Positions 39,967 through 53,734 of a stretch of 64,000 nt of DNA are shown here, piece after piece (position 1 is the stretch's first letter; each line of letters opens with the position of its first letter). The notes below the pieces were generated by a model. It saw only the letters and a list, made by a program, of their open reading frames with translations, was not told the DNA's origin and did no database searches. Origin of the DNA: Deinococcus sp. (GTDB lineage: Bacteria > Deinococcota > Deinococci > Deinococcales > Deinococcaceae); contig OZ253375.1 in assembly GCA_965261005.1 (NCBI GenBank), positions 2,560,001-2,624,000 of the forward strand, read 5' to 3'. A program made the translations under genes and the position numbers.

Positions 39967-40770
39967 TCAGTTCACCACCGTGCCGCGCCCCGCCAGCGCC
40001 GCGCTGAGTGGCTCTCCCGCCCGCGCGTCGCCGAAGACCACCCGGCCCACCCCGCCCGCCACCGCCTCGGCGGCGCCCAGCACCTTTTTCTTCATGCGGT
40101 CCTGGGCGAACGCCAGGTAGTCCTGTACCCGGTCGGCCGGGATGCGCTCGATCAAGCTGGCCTCGTCGGGAAAGTCGCGCAGCAGGCCCGGCACGTTGGA
40201 CAGCAGCAGCAGCGCGTCCGCCCCCAGAGCCACTGCCAAGGCCGCCGCCGCGCGGTCGCCGTCCACGTTGATGGCCGTCCCCTCATAGCTGGCAGCCGGC
40301 GGCGTCAAGACGGGCAGATAACCCGCCCCCAGCAGCAGTTCGACCAACTCCGTGTTGACCCGTTCCACCGTGCCGGTGTAATCGCCGCGCAGAATCTTGA
40401 CCTTGCCGTTCTCCACCGCCCGCACGCTCTCCTTGTGCTTGCCCTCGAAGATGCGCCCGTCGAGGCCCGACAAGCCCACCGCGTTCACGCCCAGGCGCTG
40501 CAAGCGCTCCACAACGCCCTTGTTGACCTTGCCGCAGTACACCATCTCGAAGATCTCCAGCGTCCCCCTGTCCGTGAAGCGCGAGGTATACCCGCTGGGC
40601 GAGGTGACGAACTTGGGCGGGTGGCCGAGCTGTTCGGCAATCCGGTTGGTTTCCCCGCTGCCGCCATGCACCAAAACCAGGCGCGTGCCGGTCTTCCACA
40701 GCCGGGCGACGTCGGCGCACACCGCGTCCATGTCGATGCCGGCGGACCCGCCCACTTTGACGACGATCAT
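39967..40770 (-). CDS. lysZ: [LysW]-aminoadipate kinase
   Basis: [39 protein letters not shown]. Confidence 0.93.
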   Translation of the reverse strand: MIVVKVGGSAGIDMDAVCADVARLWKTGTRLVLVHGGSGETNRIAEQLGHPPKFVTSPSGYTSRFTDRGTLEIFEMVYCGKVNKGVVERLQRLGVNAVGLSGLDGRIFEGKHKESVRAVENGKVKILRGDYTGTVERVNTELVELLLGAGYLPVLTPPAASYEGTAINVDGDRAAAALAVALGADALLLLSNVPGLLRDFPDEASLIERIPADRVQDYLAFAQDRMKKKVLGAAEAVAGGVGRVVFGDARAGEPLSAALAGRGTVVN

Positions 40771-40915
40771 GGCAAGCATCCTAACGCGAATAAACGGGTC
40801 CCCGAAGGCGCCTCCCTTGCTCCTGGCGCGGGTGTTCGGGCCGCCGCGTGTACGAAACTTTATTTCGCTTCTGAAGTAACGCTGCTTTAATGAAGGCAGA
40901 TTAAAGATTCGGTCA

Positions 40916-40998
40916 GCTTTCCACGACAACGGCAAACCCGCCGCAAGGCGGAGACGCAAAGCCACGGGACCCTCGCGGTCGGCCGGGCCACCGAAAGG
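40916..40998 (+). ncRNA. Cyclic di-GMP-I (GEMM) riboswitch
   Basis: GGCAAAC-CCGCC-GCAA-GGCGG-AGACGCAAAGCCACGGGACC...GGCCGGGCCACCGAA fits the GEMM-I pattern with a GNRA tetraloop in P2. Confidence 0.85.
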
Positions 40999-41005
40999 AC
41001 ATAGC

Positions 41006-41392
41006 ATGCCTTACTCTTCTGTCAACGCTGTCGAGCGCCGTGAGTTTGCCCCCGGAGAAGTTTCAAGACCCTTGTGCAGCGTTGAAGAACGCAGCGGCGT
41101 CATGCTGATCGGCGCCTTGGAGCTGTTGGTGCTGACGTTACTCGAAGACGAGCCGCTGTGCGGCGTGCAGCTTTTGCGCGAGGTGCAGCGCGTCCAGCGC
41201 GGGTCGCCGCGCCCGCTCGCGTTCCGTCCGGCCCACCTGCATCCCGCGCTGACCGATCTGCGCAACGCCGGCTTGCTGGAAGTAAGCTGGCGCCCGGCCC
41301 CGAGCGGTGAGGCGCTCAGGGTGTATTACGGCCTGTCGGCCGAGGGCCTGACCGCGCTGTACGGCGCCTACTTCCGCGCCCGCGCCAGCTGA
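41006..41392 (+). CDS. PadR-family winged-helix regulator
   Basis: LELLVL.LL...P.CG, LHPAL..L...GLL..SW, RVYY.LS.EG; alternative start at 41102. Confidence 0.78.
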   Translation: MPYSSVNAVERREFAPGEVSRPLCSVEERSGVMLIGALELLVLTLLEDEPLCGVQLLREVQRVQRGSPRPLAFRPAHLHPALTDLRNAGLLEVSWRPAPSGEALRVYYGLSAEGLTALYGAYFRARAS

Positions 41393-41416
41393 ATCTCTTT
41401 CCTTCAGGACCGCCGC

Positions 41417-41953
41417 TCAAGTTGCCCCTCTGTCCGGCGAATAAAGTTCCGGGCGCAGCATGGGGGCCAGCGCCAGCGCCAGCGCCCCACGCCACACGTC
41501 GGCCCGCTCGACCAGACCGTTCGTGAGGTAGCCGACCGCGCCCATCTTGCGCTTGTTGTCCTGCACGCCGCTCAGCTCGTCCATCACCGGGCCGAGTTCC
41601 TCGCCGGTTCGCACGCGCCGGGCCACCTCCGGCGGCAGCTCCAAACTGGCCGAGCGCGCGAAGCTTTCCCGCCCCCTGTGAACGACGGCCGCGACACCGA
41701 ACAGCCAGCCCCGCCCGTCCAAATCGAACTCGACGCCGCCTTCCAAGCCGACGCCCCAGGTGGCGCCCGCCACGGCCAGCGCCCCGCGCGCCCGCTGGCG
41801 GGCGCCGGCCAGCGTCTCCCCGAAGCCGATGGGCTGCTCGGGCACGCCCGAAGAAACGTTCTGACCCACGACCTCCAACTCGGGCGCGACTTGCCCGAAC
41901 ACCTCGCGCGTGGGCCGCAGCTTGGCGGGATTGGTCGAGCCGACCACGATCAC
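41417..41953 (-). CDS. yjjX: Inosine/xanthosine triphosphatase
   Basis: VGSTNPAK, SGVPEQP, GARQRA, GLEGG, ELGPVMD, GAVGYLT. Confidence 0.9.
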   Translation of the reverse strand: MIVVGSTNPAKLRPTREVFGQVAPELEVVGQNVSSGVPEQPIGFGETLAGARQRARGALAVAGATWGVGLEGGVEFDLDGRGWLFGVAAVVHRGRESFARSASLELPPEVARRVRTGEELGPVMDELSGVQDNKRKMGAVGYLTNGLVERADVWRGALALALAPMLRPELYSPDRGAT

Positions 41954-42357
41954 GGCAGCAGCTCCAAAAAGGGGAGACCGCGCGGCCGGATCAGGCTGAA
42001 GTGGCGCCGGTCGAGCGTCAGAACGCGCCGGACCTTCACGTTCTCGGCCACGGCGATAACAGCCGCGTCCACAACGCTCAGCGGCACGTCAGCGTACTGC
42101 CGCATGATCTCGTTCGCCCGCTTGAGGTGCTGGAGCGTGGTGGGCACGAAGGTGTACGTGCCGTCCTCCACATCGTCGAGAAACGCCTGGGCGGCGTGGT
42201 CGCCGAAATTCTTGCGGGCCAGATAGTCCACCTCGGGCAAGATCATGGACGGCACGAGCAAGGTTTCTGTCACCAGAAGTTCGGCAACGCTCGTGTGGTG
42301 CGGGTCACGGACGTCCAGAGAAGCGAGAATGCCGCTGGTGTCGGCCAGCAGCGTCAC
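41950..42357 (-). CDS. vapC: PIN-domain toxin
   Basis: LLADTS..., LSVVDA.VIA.AE, LTLDRRHF; GTGA-coupled to the antitoxin and to yjjX. Confidence 0.9.
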   Translation of the reverse strand: MTLLADTSGILASLDVRDPHHTSVAELLVTETLLVPSMILPEVDYLARKNFGDHAAQAFLDDVEDGTYTFVPTTLQHLKRANEIMRQYADVPLSVVDAAVIAVAENVKVRRVLTLDRRHFSLIRPRGLPFLELLP

Positions 42358-42599
42358 GCTTTCTGCGGCCAATCGAGGTCTGCGAACAGCAATTCCTCGT
42401 CCCGGTTCGCAATGGGTTCACCAGCGTTGGCCGCTACCCCGAGCGACTTCGGCCGGACGCGCTGCTCAGTTTGTTTGCTCTCTACATACATCGAAAGGGC
42501 GTCGCGCATCAGGTCGGCCTGAGAGCGCGCCTCTCGCGCGGCCAGCCGCTTCAGTTCTAAGTCAACGGCCTCGTCCAAGTACAGCGTCGTGCGCTTCAT
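42354..42599 (-). CDS. CopG/RHH antitoxin
   Basis: MKRTTLYLDE...LKRLAAREARSQADLMRDAL; palindrome ACATATGT upstream. Confidence 0.88.
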   Translation of the reverse strand: MKRTTLYLDEAVDLELKRLAAREARSQADLMRDALSMYVESKQTEQRVRPKSLGVAANAGEPIANRDEELLFADLDWPQKA

Positions 42600-42622
42600 G
42601 CCACATATGTTAACAGTCGATT

Positions 42623-43066
42623 TCAATTCGCCGGCGACACCGTTTCCCAATCTCCCAACAGGCGGCGCAGCAGCACCACCTGACCCCAGTGGTAGGCGTT
42701 GTGCGCGCTGACGTCCTCCAGAATCTCGCGGTCGCGCCCCGGCAAGTCCTGCGGGTTGGCGGCCAGCTCGGACGCCTCGTACAGGCCGGCGCGCAAACGC
42801 TCGATCAGGTCGTCCCACTCCTCTTGGGTGGGGTCTTCGCGCGGCCACTGCTCTTCCACAGGCGGAAAGGGCACCTCGCTCAGCTCCTCCACGATGGCGC
42901 CGAGCAGCAGGCTTTGGGTCAGCTCGATGTGCCACAGCAAGGCGTAGATGGTGTAGGGCACGCCCGCAACGGGGGTGAGGGCCGTCTTCAGGGTCAGGCC
43001 GGCCAGCATCCGGTCGGTCGCGGCGATGCCCCGCCCGCCGAGCAGCATGGATTTCAGAACGCTCAT
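42623..43066 (-). CDS. DinB family protein
   Basis: TIYALLWHI...WP...HNAYHWGQ. Confidence 0.85.
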   Translation of the reverse strand: MSVLKSMLLGGRGIAATDRMLAGLTLKTALTPVAGVPYTIYALLWHIELTQSLLLGAIVEELSEVPFPPVEEQWPREDPTQEEWDDLIERLRAGLYEASELAANPQDLPGRDREILEDVSAHNAYHWGQVVLLRRLLGDWETVSPAN

Positions 43067-43089
43067 GCCTTCAAGATAGGCTCGGCAGC

Positions 43090-44393
<1,304 letters not shown>

Positions 44394-44397
<4 letters not shown>

Positions 44398-44822
44398 GAC
44401 TGCTCGATGTCAACGTCTTGGTTTCCGCGCATCGCTTGGACGCTACTCGACACGCAGAATTCGCTTTTTGGCTAACAGAGTTGGTCAAAGGGAACGAACT
44501 GTTTGGCGCCAGCGAACTGGTGTTGAGCAGCTTCGTTCGCATCGTCACCAATCCAAGGATTTACCGAATTCCAGCCGGTCTTGAGGCGGCCCTCGATTTC
44601 ATTGATGCCTTGCGGAGCGCCCCGAATTATCAGCAACTTGCGTCCGGCACACAGCATTGGCGTATTTTTGAAGGTTTGTTGAGACGCTACAATTTGACGG
44701 GCAACGACGTTCAGGGCGCCTACCACGCCGCCCTCGCCATTGAGCACGACTGCGAGTGGGTCAGCGCGGACACCGGCTTCGCGCGCTTCGCGGGCCTCAA
44801 GTGGCGCAATCCCTTCGCCTGA
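44394..44822 (+). CDS. vapC: PIN-domain toxin (mycobacterial VapC-like)
   Basis: LLDVNVLV.AH, FVRIVTNPRI, AALAIEH..VSAD.GFARF.GL.W.NP. Confidence 0.9.
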
Positions 44823-44826
44823 ACCC

Positions 44827-45171
44827 TCACCGCCCCGACCCGATGTGCCCCTGCCGCACCAATCTACCCCGCAGCTTGGCGAGGCTGAGGGCCAGGCACT
44901 CCTCCAAGGTGGCGCCCGCGTCGTCGGCGAGCAGGGCCAAATCGAAGAGGGCGTCGCCCAGCTCCTCGCGGAAGTGCTCGGTCGCCCGAAAGTCGCGCGC
45001 CCCGTACTCGCTCGCCTTGATGATCTCCTTGGCGAGTTCGCCCACCTCGCTCACCAGGTACAGGGCGCGGGTGGAGAGACCGGGCGCCAGGGCGCCGTCA
45101 AACTCCCCGCGCAGCTCGCGGCCCAGATTTTCCAAGTTCAGGCTTTCCGAGTCTAGCCGCTGATCAGCCAT
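44827..45171 (-). CDS. MazG-like nucleotide pyrophosphohydrolase
   Basis: SEVGELAKE...EELGDALF. Confidence 0.82.
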   Translation of the reverse strand: MADQRLDSESLNLENLGRELRGEFDGALAPGLSTRALYLVSEVGELAKEIIKASEYGARDFRATEHFREELGDALFDLALLADDAGATLEECLALSLAKLRGRLVRQGHIGSGR

Positions 45172-45998
45172 GACCGAGCGTACTCCACGATCTTGCCTGG
45201 AATATCCACCCCGGTCGTGCTGACCGAGTTCTTAAACTCCATGGTGTGGTTGATCTCGTTGACGAGCAAGCCGCGCTCCGGGTCTTCGAGCAAGTCCACC
45301 GCGACCACGTGCCCCTCGACCGCCCGCGCGGCGCGCCCCGCGAGGTCCGCGATCCCGGGCGTGACCTCGCAGTTGCTCGCCTTTGCCCCCCGGGCGGTGT
45401 TGGTGACCCAGTGCTCCGAGGTACGGTAGATGGCCCCGATGGTTCGCCCCGCCACCACAAAGGCGCGGATGTCGCGCCCCGGCTTCCGAATCAGCTCCTG
45501 GACGTAAAAGACCTGATGCTGATAGCCGCCCAGCACCTCCTTGTGCTCCAGCACCGTCTCGGCGGCGTCGCGGTCGTTGATTCTGGACAGCAGCCGGCCC
45601 CAGCTGCCCACCACCGGCTTCATCACGACCGGATAGCCGAAGCTCTCGATCAGCTCCAGGGCGCTCTCGGGCGTAAAGGCGACCCCGGTCCTGGGGGTCG
45701 GCACCTGGTGCAGCGCCAGACGCGCGTTCGTTGCCAGCTTGTCGCCGCACAGCTCGATCACGTGGCTGGGATTGATGACCCGCACGCCCAGCCCTTCCAG
45801 CGCGCGGGTCACGGCCAGCCCGCGCGACTGCGACACGCAGCGCTCCAGCGCGACCTTCCACGACACTTCCTCGCCGAACGTCAGCTTGAGCTGCGGGGCG
45901 TACACCTTGTCGTAGGGGGTGCCCTGCGCGTCCAGCGCGTCAAAGAGCATCTTTTCGTCGGGGCGGACGCGGTCGTAGAGGATGGCAAAGTCAGCCAT
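45153..45998 (-). CDS. lysX: Alpha-aminoadipate--LysW ligase
   Basis: [47 protein letters not shown]. Confidence 0.95.
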   Translation of the reverse strand: MADFAILYDRVRPDEKMLFDALDAQGTPYDKVYAPQLKLTFGEEVSWKVALERCVSQSRGLAVTRALEGLGVRVINPSHVIELCGDKLATNARLALHQVPTPRTGVAFTPESALELIESFGYPVVMKPVVGSWGRLLSRINDRDAAETVLEHKEVLGGYQHQVFYVQELIRKPGRDIRAFVVAGRTIGAIYRTSEHWVTNTARGAKASNCEVTPGIADLAGRAARAVEGHVVAVDLLEDPERGLLVNEINHTMEFKNSVSTTGVDIPGKIVEYARSWLISG

Positions 45999-46005
45999 TG
46001 ACCGC

Positions 46006-46179
46006 TTACTCCCCCCAATCCTCGGCCTCTTGCGGGGCCGGCGCGAGGCGGGGGGGGTCGAGGCTGACCACCTCGTACTCGGTCCCGGTGTCGTCGTCGA
46101 GGACCAGTTCGCCCAGCTCGGGGTCCTCAAGGGTGATGGTGGCGCCGGTTTCAGGGTTTTCAAAGCGCACGCTGGTCAT
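46006..46179 (-). CDS. lysW: Amino-group carrier protein LysW (57 aa, not in the ORF track)
   Basis: Manual translation [57 protein letters not shown]; diagnostic EDWGE end. Confidence 0.95.
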   Translation of the reverse strand: MTSVRFENPETGATITLEDPELGELVLDDDTGTEYEVVSLDPPRLAPAPQEAEDWGE

Positions 46180-46484
46180 GGGCGTTCCTCCGGTTCGTCT
46201 TCAAACTCAAGCTCGATGCGGACCCCGCAGTGGGGGCAGGTCACGACGTCGCCCGCTTGGGCCATCTCCTCGGTCACGTCGAACTCCTCGCCGCAGTTGG
46301 GGCAGATTGTCAGAATGCCCAGCAACTCCAAATCGAAGTCGTCGCCGCTGTTCTTGGTGACCTCCATCTCGGCGTTGCAGCTGTCGCAGACGATGGCGTC
46401 GCCGATCTCCAGCCCGGCGCGGTCCGCGTCCGTCAGCTCCAGCACCTCGCCGCAGATGGGGCACTCGACTTGCAAAACGGCCAT
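46176..46484 (-). CDS. lysV: Tandem zinc-ribbon acidic protein (LysV-like)
   Basis: Four CxxC motifs; lies between lysU and lysW as in the Thermus cluster. Confidence 0.75.
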   Translation of the reverse strand: MAVLQVECPICGEVLELTDADRAGLEIGDAIVCDSCNAEMEVTKNSGDDFDLELLGILTICPNCGEEFDVTEEMAQAGDVVTCPHCGVRIELEFEDEPEERP

Positions 46485-46503
46485 GTGGGCTAGTGTTTCA
46501 TAT

Positions 46504-46997
<494 letters not shown>

Positions 46998-46998
<1 letters not shown>

Positions 46999-47405
46999 CA
47001 GGCGTGTTCCCCAAAGGAGACGATGTTGAGGTCGGGCAGTCCGGCGAAGTCGGCGGCGTTGCCCGTGACCAGCGGCACGCCGACCTCCAGCGCCGTGGCG
47101 GCAATCCAAGCGTCGGCGGCGAGCATGCGGCGTCCGGCCCGCCTGGCTTGGTGCATCACGCCGGCCCAGCGCTCCGAAATGGCCGCGTTATGCTCGACCA
47201 AGATGTATGGCGTCAGGAACGCCCTCAACTCCCGCTGCCGCTTGTCTCCCCAACGACGTTCCAAGGTCCAGAGCGAGAGTTCAGCCCGGGTCTGAAAGCT
47301 GTAAAGGACGTTCTTCGATTCCAGGTAGGCGTCGAAGGCGAGCGCTCTCGAAGCGCGCTTGAAGCTGTAGCTGATGACATCGGTGTCCACCAAAACGGCG
47401 CTCAT
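46998..47405 (-). CDS. vapC: PIN-domain toxin
   Basis: LVDTDVIS, ADAWIAATAL, LVTGNAADF; stop overlaps the lysU start (TGATG). Confidence 0.9.
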
Positions 47406-47809
47406 GGTTTCGTCCGTCGCTCCCGCTCCTCTTGCAGGGTGCGCTGCTCGCCGCGGTAATCTTGCCAGAACTGCTCGTCCCCCGCGAGTTCCTCGGCGCT
47501 CCAGGCCGGCGCCGTCTGCTGGGCGTGGCCGGGCGGCAGGGGCTGAGCGTTCCTCAGCAGGTGGGCGTACTTCGGGTTGATGGGCGCCTCCGTCCGCTCG
47601 ATCAAGTCCGATAGTGAAACCGCCTCGCCAACCAAGGTTTCGAGCGCGTCAATCACGGCGCCCACGCTGTCGAGGTCAATTCGCTGGAGCGGCTTACGCG
47701 CCATGCCGTAGACGGTCGCCTCCGACAGCTGGCCGCGCGTGGCCCGCACCAGCTGATAAGCGCTGATATGGTGCCGCTCCAAAAAGGGCTTGAGGTGTAG
47801 TCTGAACAT
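47402..47809 (-). CDS. Cro/C1-type HTH protein, putative antitoxin
   Basis: L..FLE.H.ISAYQL...LSEATVY.MA...RIDL; ATGA-coupled to the PIN gene. Confidence 0.78.
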   Translation of the reverse strand: MFRLHLKPFLERHHISAYQLVRATRGQLSEATVYGMARKPLQRIDLDSVGAVIDALETLVGEAVSLSDLIERTEAPINPKYAHLLRNAQPLPPGHAQQTAPAWSAEELAGDEQFWQDYRGEQRTLQEERERRTKP

Positions 47810-47834
47810 ACTAGTAATTTATCACAGTGCGAGG

Positions 47835-47965
47835 AGTTTTGAGTTCCGAGCAGCCCCACGACCTCGCGGCGCAAGATGGGCAGATTTTCTGTTGCTACCT
47901 GCCACACGAGGGCATGATTCAGGTCGTCGTAACCGTGGCTGAGCTGGCTGCGAAAGCTTGCGTCT
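47835..47965 (-). pseudogene. 3' remnant of a HepT/DUF86 ribonuclease toxin
   Basis: FRSQLSHGYDDLNHALVWQVATENLPILR contains the Rx4H-GY motif; N-terminus missing. Confidence 0.7.
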
Positions 47966-47969
47966 CGCT

Positions 47970-48373
47970 TCATTCAGAACTGACGGCGATAGCGTCGGCC
48001 TCGAAGAGAAGTTCCGGGTGAAACAGCGCGGCGACCTGAACGAGCGTGCTTGCGGGCGGTCGCGCCGTGTTGACAAACTCGTTTCGCACCCGCCGCAGCG
48101 TGTCGAGATGAGCGAAGTCGGTGATGAACATGCCAAGCTTTACCACATCTTGAAAGCCAAGTCCGACTGCTGTAAGCGCGTGCTGAAGATTCCTGAACGT
48201 CTGGCGGGCCTGAGCCTCGAAGTCGCCGGGACCGACCACCTCGCTTTGCTCGTCGAGCGAGAGTTGCCCGGAGATATAGACGGTGCGGCCACCGCGCACC
48301 TCCACGACGGGCGTATATCCGGGCACTTTCGCCAAACGCTCGGGGTGAAGAAAGCGGACGTTCGGTTGATTGC

Positions 48374-48377
<4 letters not shown>
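47970..48377 (-). CDS. RidA/YjgF family protein
   Basis: VYISGQ, QARQTFRNL, PASTLVQV.AL..PELLFE.DA.A; GTGA-coupled to lysT. Confidence 0.9.
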
Positions 48378-49627
<1,250 letters not shown>

Positions 49628-49783
49628 GTTGTTCTCCTGGAAAGCAGCCAAGCGCCCTCGCCCCCGACCACAATGCCCCAAAAGGCGCTGCCGACGCCCA
49701 GGAAGGTGGGGCCGATGGCGAAGCACACGCTCAGCACCCAGCTCCCCGTCAGGGGAAGAAAGGCTCACCATAGAATTTTTACA

Positions 49784-49829
49784 GGCTCCCCCTCTCCCCT
49801 TGCGGGAGAGGGGGCCAGGGGGTGAGGGG
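49784..49829. repeat. REP-like palindromic element
   Basis: GGCTCCCCCTCTCCC-cttgc-GGGAGAGGGGGCC-AGGGGGTGAGGGG immediately after the hcs stop. Confidence 0.65.
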
Positions 49830-50993
<1,164 letters not shown>

Positions 50994-51002
50994 TTATCCG
51001 GT

Positions 51003-51031
51003 AGATTAGCGTGCGGAGTAACGAACGTCAA
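51003..51031 (-). promoter_or_regulatory. Sigma70-type promoter of the lys operon
   Basis: TTGACG-N17-TAATCT upstream of hcs. Confidence 0.65.
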
Positions 51032-51126
51032 CTATTTAGCCTTTAAAGACTTACAAACGTAAAGTAAAGCGATGGGCTTAAGGCGTTCACAAGAGTGTTC
51101 TACCCTCGGACGGCGTAGAACGGGGC

Positions 51127-52098
51127 ATGCACACACGCACTTTGGGACGGACTGGCTTGGAAGTGACCGAGATCGGCTACGGGGCCTGGGGCATCGGCGG
51201 TGGGGGCTGGATCGGTGCGGAGGACGATGAGAGCTTGCGCGCCCTGCGGCGCTTTGTGGACCTGGGCGGCAACTTCATAGACACCGCCCTGGCCTACGGC
51301 GAGGGCCACAGCGAGCAGTTGGTCGGGCAGGTGGTGAGGGGCAACCAGGGCGTCTACGTGGCGACCAAGATTCCGCCCAAGAACCGCGTTTGGCCGGCCA
51401 AGGAAGGCTCCGCAGTGAACGACGTGTTTCCCGGCGACTACGTGATCGAGACGACCGAGGCCAGCTTGCGCCACCTGGGCCTGCCTACCATTGACGTGCA
51501 GCAGTTCCACGTTTGGCAGGACAGCTGGGTGGGGCAGGGCGATTGGCAGGACGCGGTGGCCCAACTCAAAAAGGACGGCAAGATCCGCTTCTGGGGCGTC
51601 TCGATCAATGACCACCAGCCCGAGAACGCTGTTCAATTGATCGAGACCGGCCTGTGCGACACCGTGCAGGTCATTTACAACGTCTTTGATCAGGCGCCGC
51701 AGGACCGCTTGCTGGACGCCTGCCAAGCCAACAACGTCGGCGTGATCGTGCGCGTGGCCCTTGACGAGGGCGCCCTGACCGGCAAGATCACCCCGGATAC
51801 CCAGTTTCCCGAGGGGGACTTCCGGCGCAACTACTTCGGCGGGGACCGCAGGCGCGAGCTGCAAGACCACCTGCGCGCCATCGAGGGGAATCTCAACATC
51901 ACGACCGACCAATTGCCCGAGACCGCCCTGCGCTTCGTGCTGTCGCACCCGGCGGTCAGCACCGTGATCGTGGGCATGCGCAGCGTCCGCAACGTGGAGC
52001 GCAACGTCGCGGTCGCCGATGGCAAAGGACTGCCCAACCAGCAGATCGAGCAGCTGCGGGCGCAACGCTGGGATAAGAACTGGTACCAACCGGCGTAA
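51127..52098 (+). CDS. Aldo/keto reductase
   Basis: [33 protein letters not shown]. Confidence 0.93.
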   Translation: MHTRTLGRTGLEVTEIGYGAWGIGGGGWIGAEDDESLRALRRFVDLGGNFIDTALAYGEGHSEQLVGQVVRGNQGVYVATKIPPKNRVWPAKEGSAVNDVFPGDYVIETTEASLRHLGLPTIDVQQFHVWQDSWVGQGDWQDAVAQLKKDGKIRFWGVSINDHQPENAVQLIETGLCDTVQVIYNVFDQAPQDRLLDACQANNVGVIVRVALDEGALTGKITPDTQFPEGDFRRNYFGGDRRRELQDHLRAIEGNLNITTDQLPETALRFVLSHPAVSTVIVGMRSVRNVERNVAVADGKGLPNQQIEQLRAQRWDKNWYQPA

Positions 52099-52109
52099 CC
52101 GGCCCGTCC

Positions 52110-52685
52110 TTATTCTTGGGACTCGCCGTAAGGGTAGAAGCCGCTCTTGTCGCCCCTCTCCCACTTGGCGCGCAGTTCGGGCGTGTCAATGGCGTAGTCG
52201 GGGCGAATCTGCTTGGTCAGTTCGCGTAAATCCGCGTGCAACTCGGCGGTGCTGGGCCGGCCCCAGTACCAGTAGCCGTTGTACAGCTTGTGAATTTTGA
52301 GGCCCGGCCCCAGCACGAAGGTGTGCGGGATCATCGGGCGGTGCTTGGGGTCGGTGTACTCCTCGATGTCGAGGTCGTCGCGGATAGTCGCCCGTTCATC
52401 GTACAAAAAGGTCCATTGCGCCCCGACCCCCTGGCGCAGCTCGTTGCTGCTCAGCCTGTCGTCGGTCGTGATCGTGACCAGGTTGGCGTAGCCCACTGGC
52501 AGCTGCGGGTAAAAGGCCACCAGCCCGTGCAGCTGCTGGCGGTCCTTGGGCCAGTACGAGCCGCGTCCCAGCATCACAATCAGCGGGTCAATGCCCTGCA
52601 AGTCGGACAGCTTGCGCCGTTCGCCGTTCTGGTCGGGCAGCTCGTAGTCGGGAAAGGTCGCCCCCTCGGTGATGTCAGGTCGCAT
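52110..52685 (-). CDS. Redoxin/AhpC-TSA-like protein lacking cysteine
   Basis: FPDYELPDQNG..RKLSDL, GRGSYWPKD, PHTFVL, YNGYWYWGRPS. Confidence 0.78.
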   Translation of the reverse strand: MRPDITEGATFPDYELPDQNGERRKLSDLQGIDPLIVMLGRGSYWPKDRQQLHGLVAFYPQLPVGYANLVTITTDDRLSSNELRQGVGAQWTFLYDERATIRDDLDIEEYTDPKHRPMIPHTFVLGPGLKIHKLYNGYWYWGRPSTAELHADLRELTKQIRPDYAIDTPELRAKWERGDKSGFYPYGESQE

Positions 52686-52752
52686 GGGACATGCTGACGT
52701 GTGGGCGAGCGGGACAATGTCGCGGAGGTTGGAAGGTCAAGGAAGGGTCAAG

Positions 52753-53073
52753 TCAGCCGTACCTTCGCTGAAGGAGCTTGTACACGGTCTTGTCGTTGCG
52801 CTTGCCGATCACGGCGATGGTGATAATGGTCAAAACGCCGCTGGCCTCGTCGAGGTCGTAGATGATGCGGTACTCGCCAACATCCATCCGGTAGAAGTTC
52901 CAGCCGTTGCTCTTATACGCCTGGCCCTCGATGGGCCGCGCGTCGTGGGGAAGCGGCACCTGTTCGAGCGCGTCAATCTTACGTCCGATCTGGCCGAGGT
53001 GTTTCTTGTTGCCTATCGTCCGTAAGTCTTTCGCGGCGCTGGCTGTCAGCTCCAGCTGAATCTGACGAGTCAC
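52753..53073 (-). CDS. RelE/ParE-family toxin
   Basis: ELTASAAKDL, YRMDVGEYRIIY, IGKR; GTG 53073. Confidence 0.88.
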   Translation of the reverse strand: MTRQIQLELTASAAKDLRTIGNKKHLGQIGRKIDALEQVPLPHDARPIEGQAYKSNGWNFYRMDVGEYRIIYDLDEASGVLTIITIAVIGKRNDKTVYKLLQRRYG

Positions 53074-53077
53074 AGGC

Positions 53078-53359
53078 TCAGAGGCTGAGGTCTCGCTTGA
53101 GGTCGCTCCAAGCAACGCGCTTTTCTCCGGTTCGCGCCGCTTCTTCGAGTCGTTCGAGGGCGAGGTCGCCCCACAGCTTGTCCTCCAGCCGCTCCAGTAA
53201 AGCCGCGTCCTCGACGCTGACCAGTACCGCCGCAGGCTTGCCCTGCCGGGTGATGGTCACACGCTCGCCGCCGTAGCTGACGCGGTTCACGAGGTCGTTG
53301 AAGCTCGCGCGGGCTTCGGACGCGCTGAGGTTCGGGGTGGTCTCCTTTGCTGTGGTCAT
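53078..53359 (-). CDS. Phd/YefM-family antitoxin
   Basis: SEARASFNDLVNRV..GERVTITRQGKPAAVLVS. Confidence 0.92.
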   Translation of the reverse strand: MTTAKETTPNLSASEARASFNDLVNRVSYGGERVTITRQGKPAAVLVSVEDAALLERLEDKLWGDLALERLEEAARTGEKRVAWSDLKRDLSL

Positions 53360-53494
53360 GCGTGTTGCCCCTCTCTGCCTCTAACGAATGCTGCTGAGGG
53401 CTGCTCTGCAACCCCGCCACTCGAACTTCTAGCCCTTGGCCTTCTATTCTAAACAAATCGTACATTACAGACGTTTTGTACAAAGATGTGACGA

Positions 53495-53734
53495 TCACTC
53501 TTCTTCTTCGGCACCATCACGCATCTCACGCTAAAACTGCACCACGTCTCCCACGATGGGCAGAATGCCGACGAATTCGGTGAAGGAGTCGTCTTCTTCG
53601 GGACGAACGGGCCTCACCACCCACCCTTCCTCCCGCAACACGAACTCGACCTGATCGCCCCCGCGCAGGCCGAGGCGTTCGCGCAGCTCGGCCGGGAGGG
53701 TAATTCGACCCTTGGTGGTCAGGGTGGCCTTCAC
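53495..53734 (-). pseudogene. AbrB-type antitoxin (type B) with TGG>TAG nonsense at 53531-53533
   Basis: VKATLTTKGRITLP...GDVVQF*REMRDGAEEEE versus paralog GDVVQFWREMRD. Confidence 0.82.

Noticed and set aside
49628..49771. N-terminal extension of lysT in the ORF track
   Set aside because: A good SD (AGGAG) precedes ATG 49627 and the extension has no family similarity.
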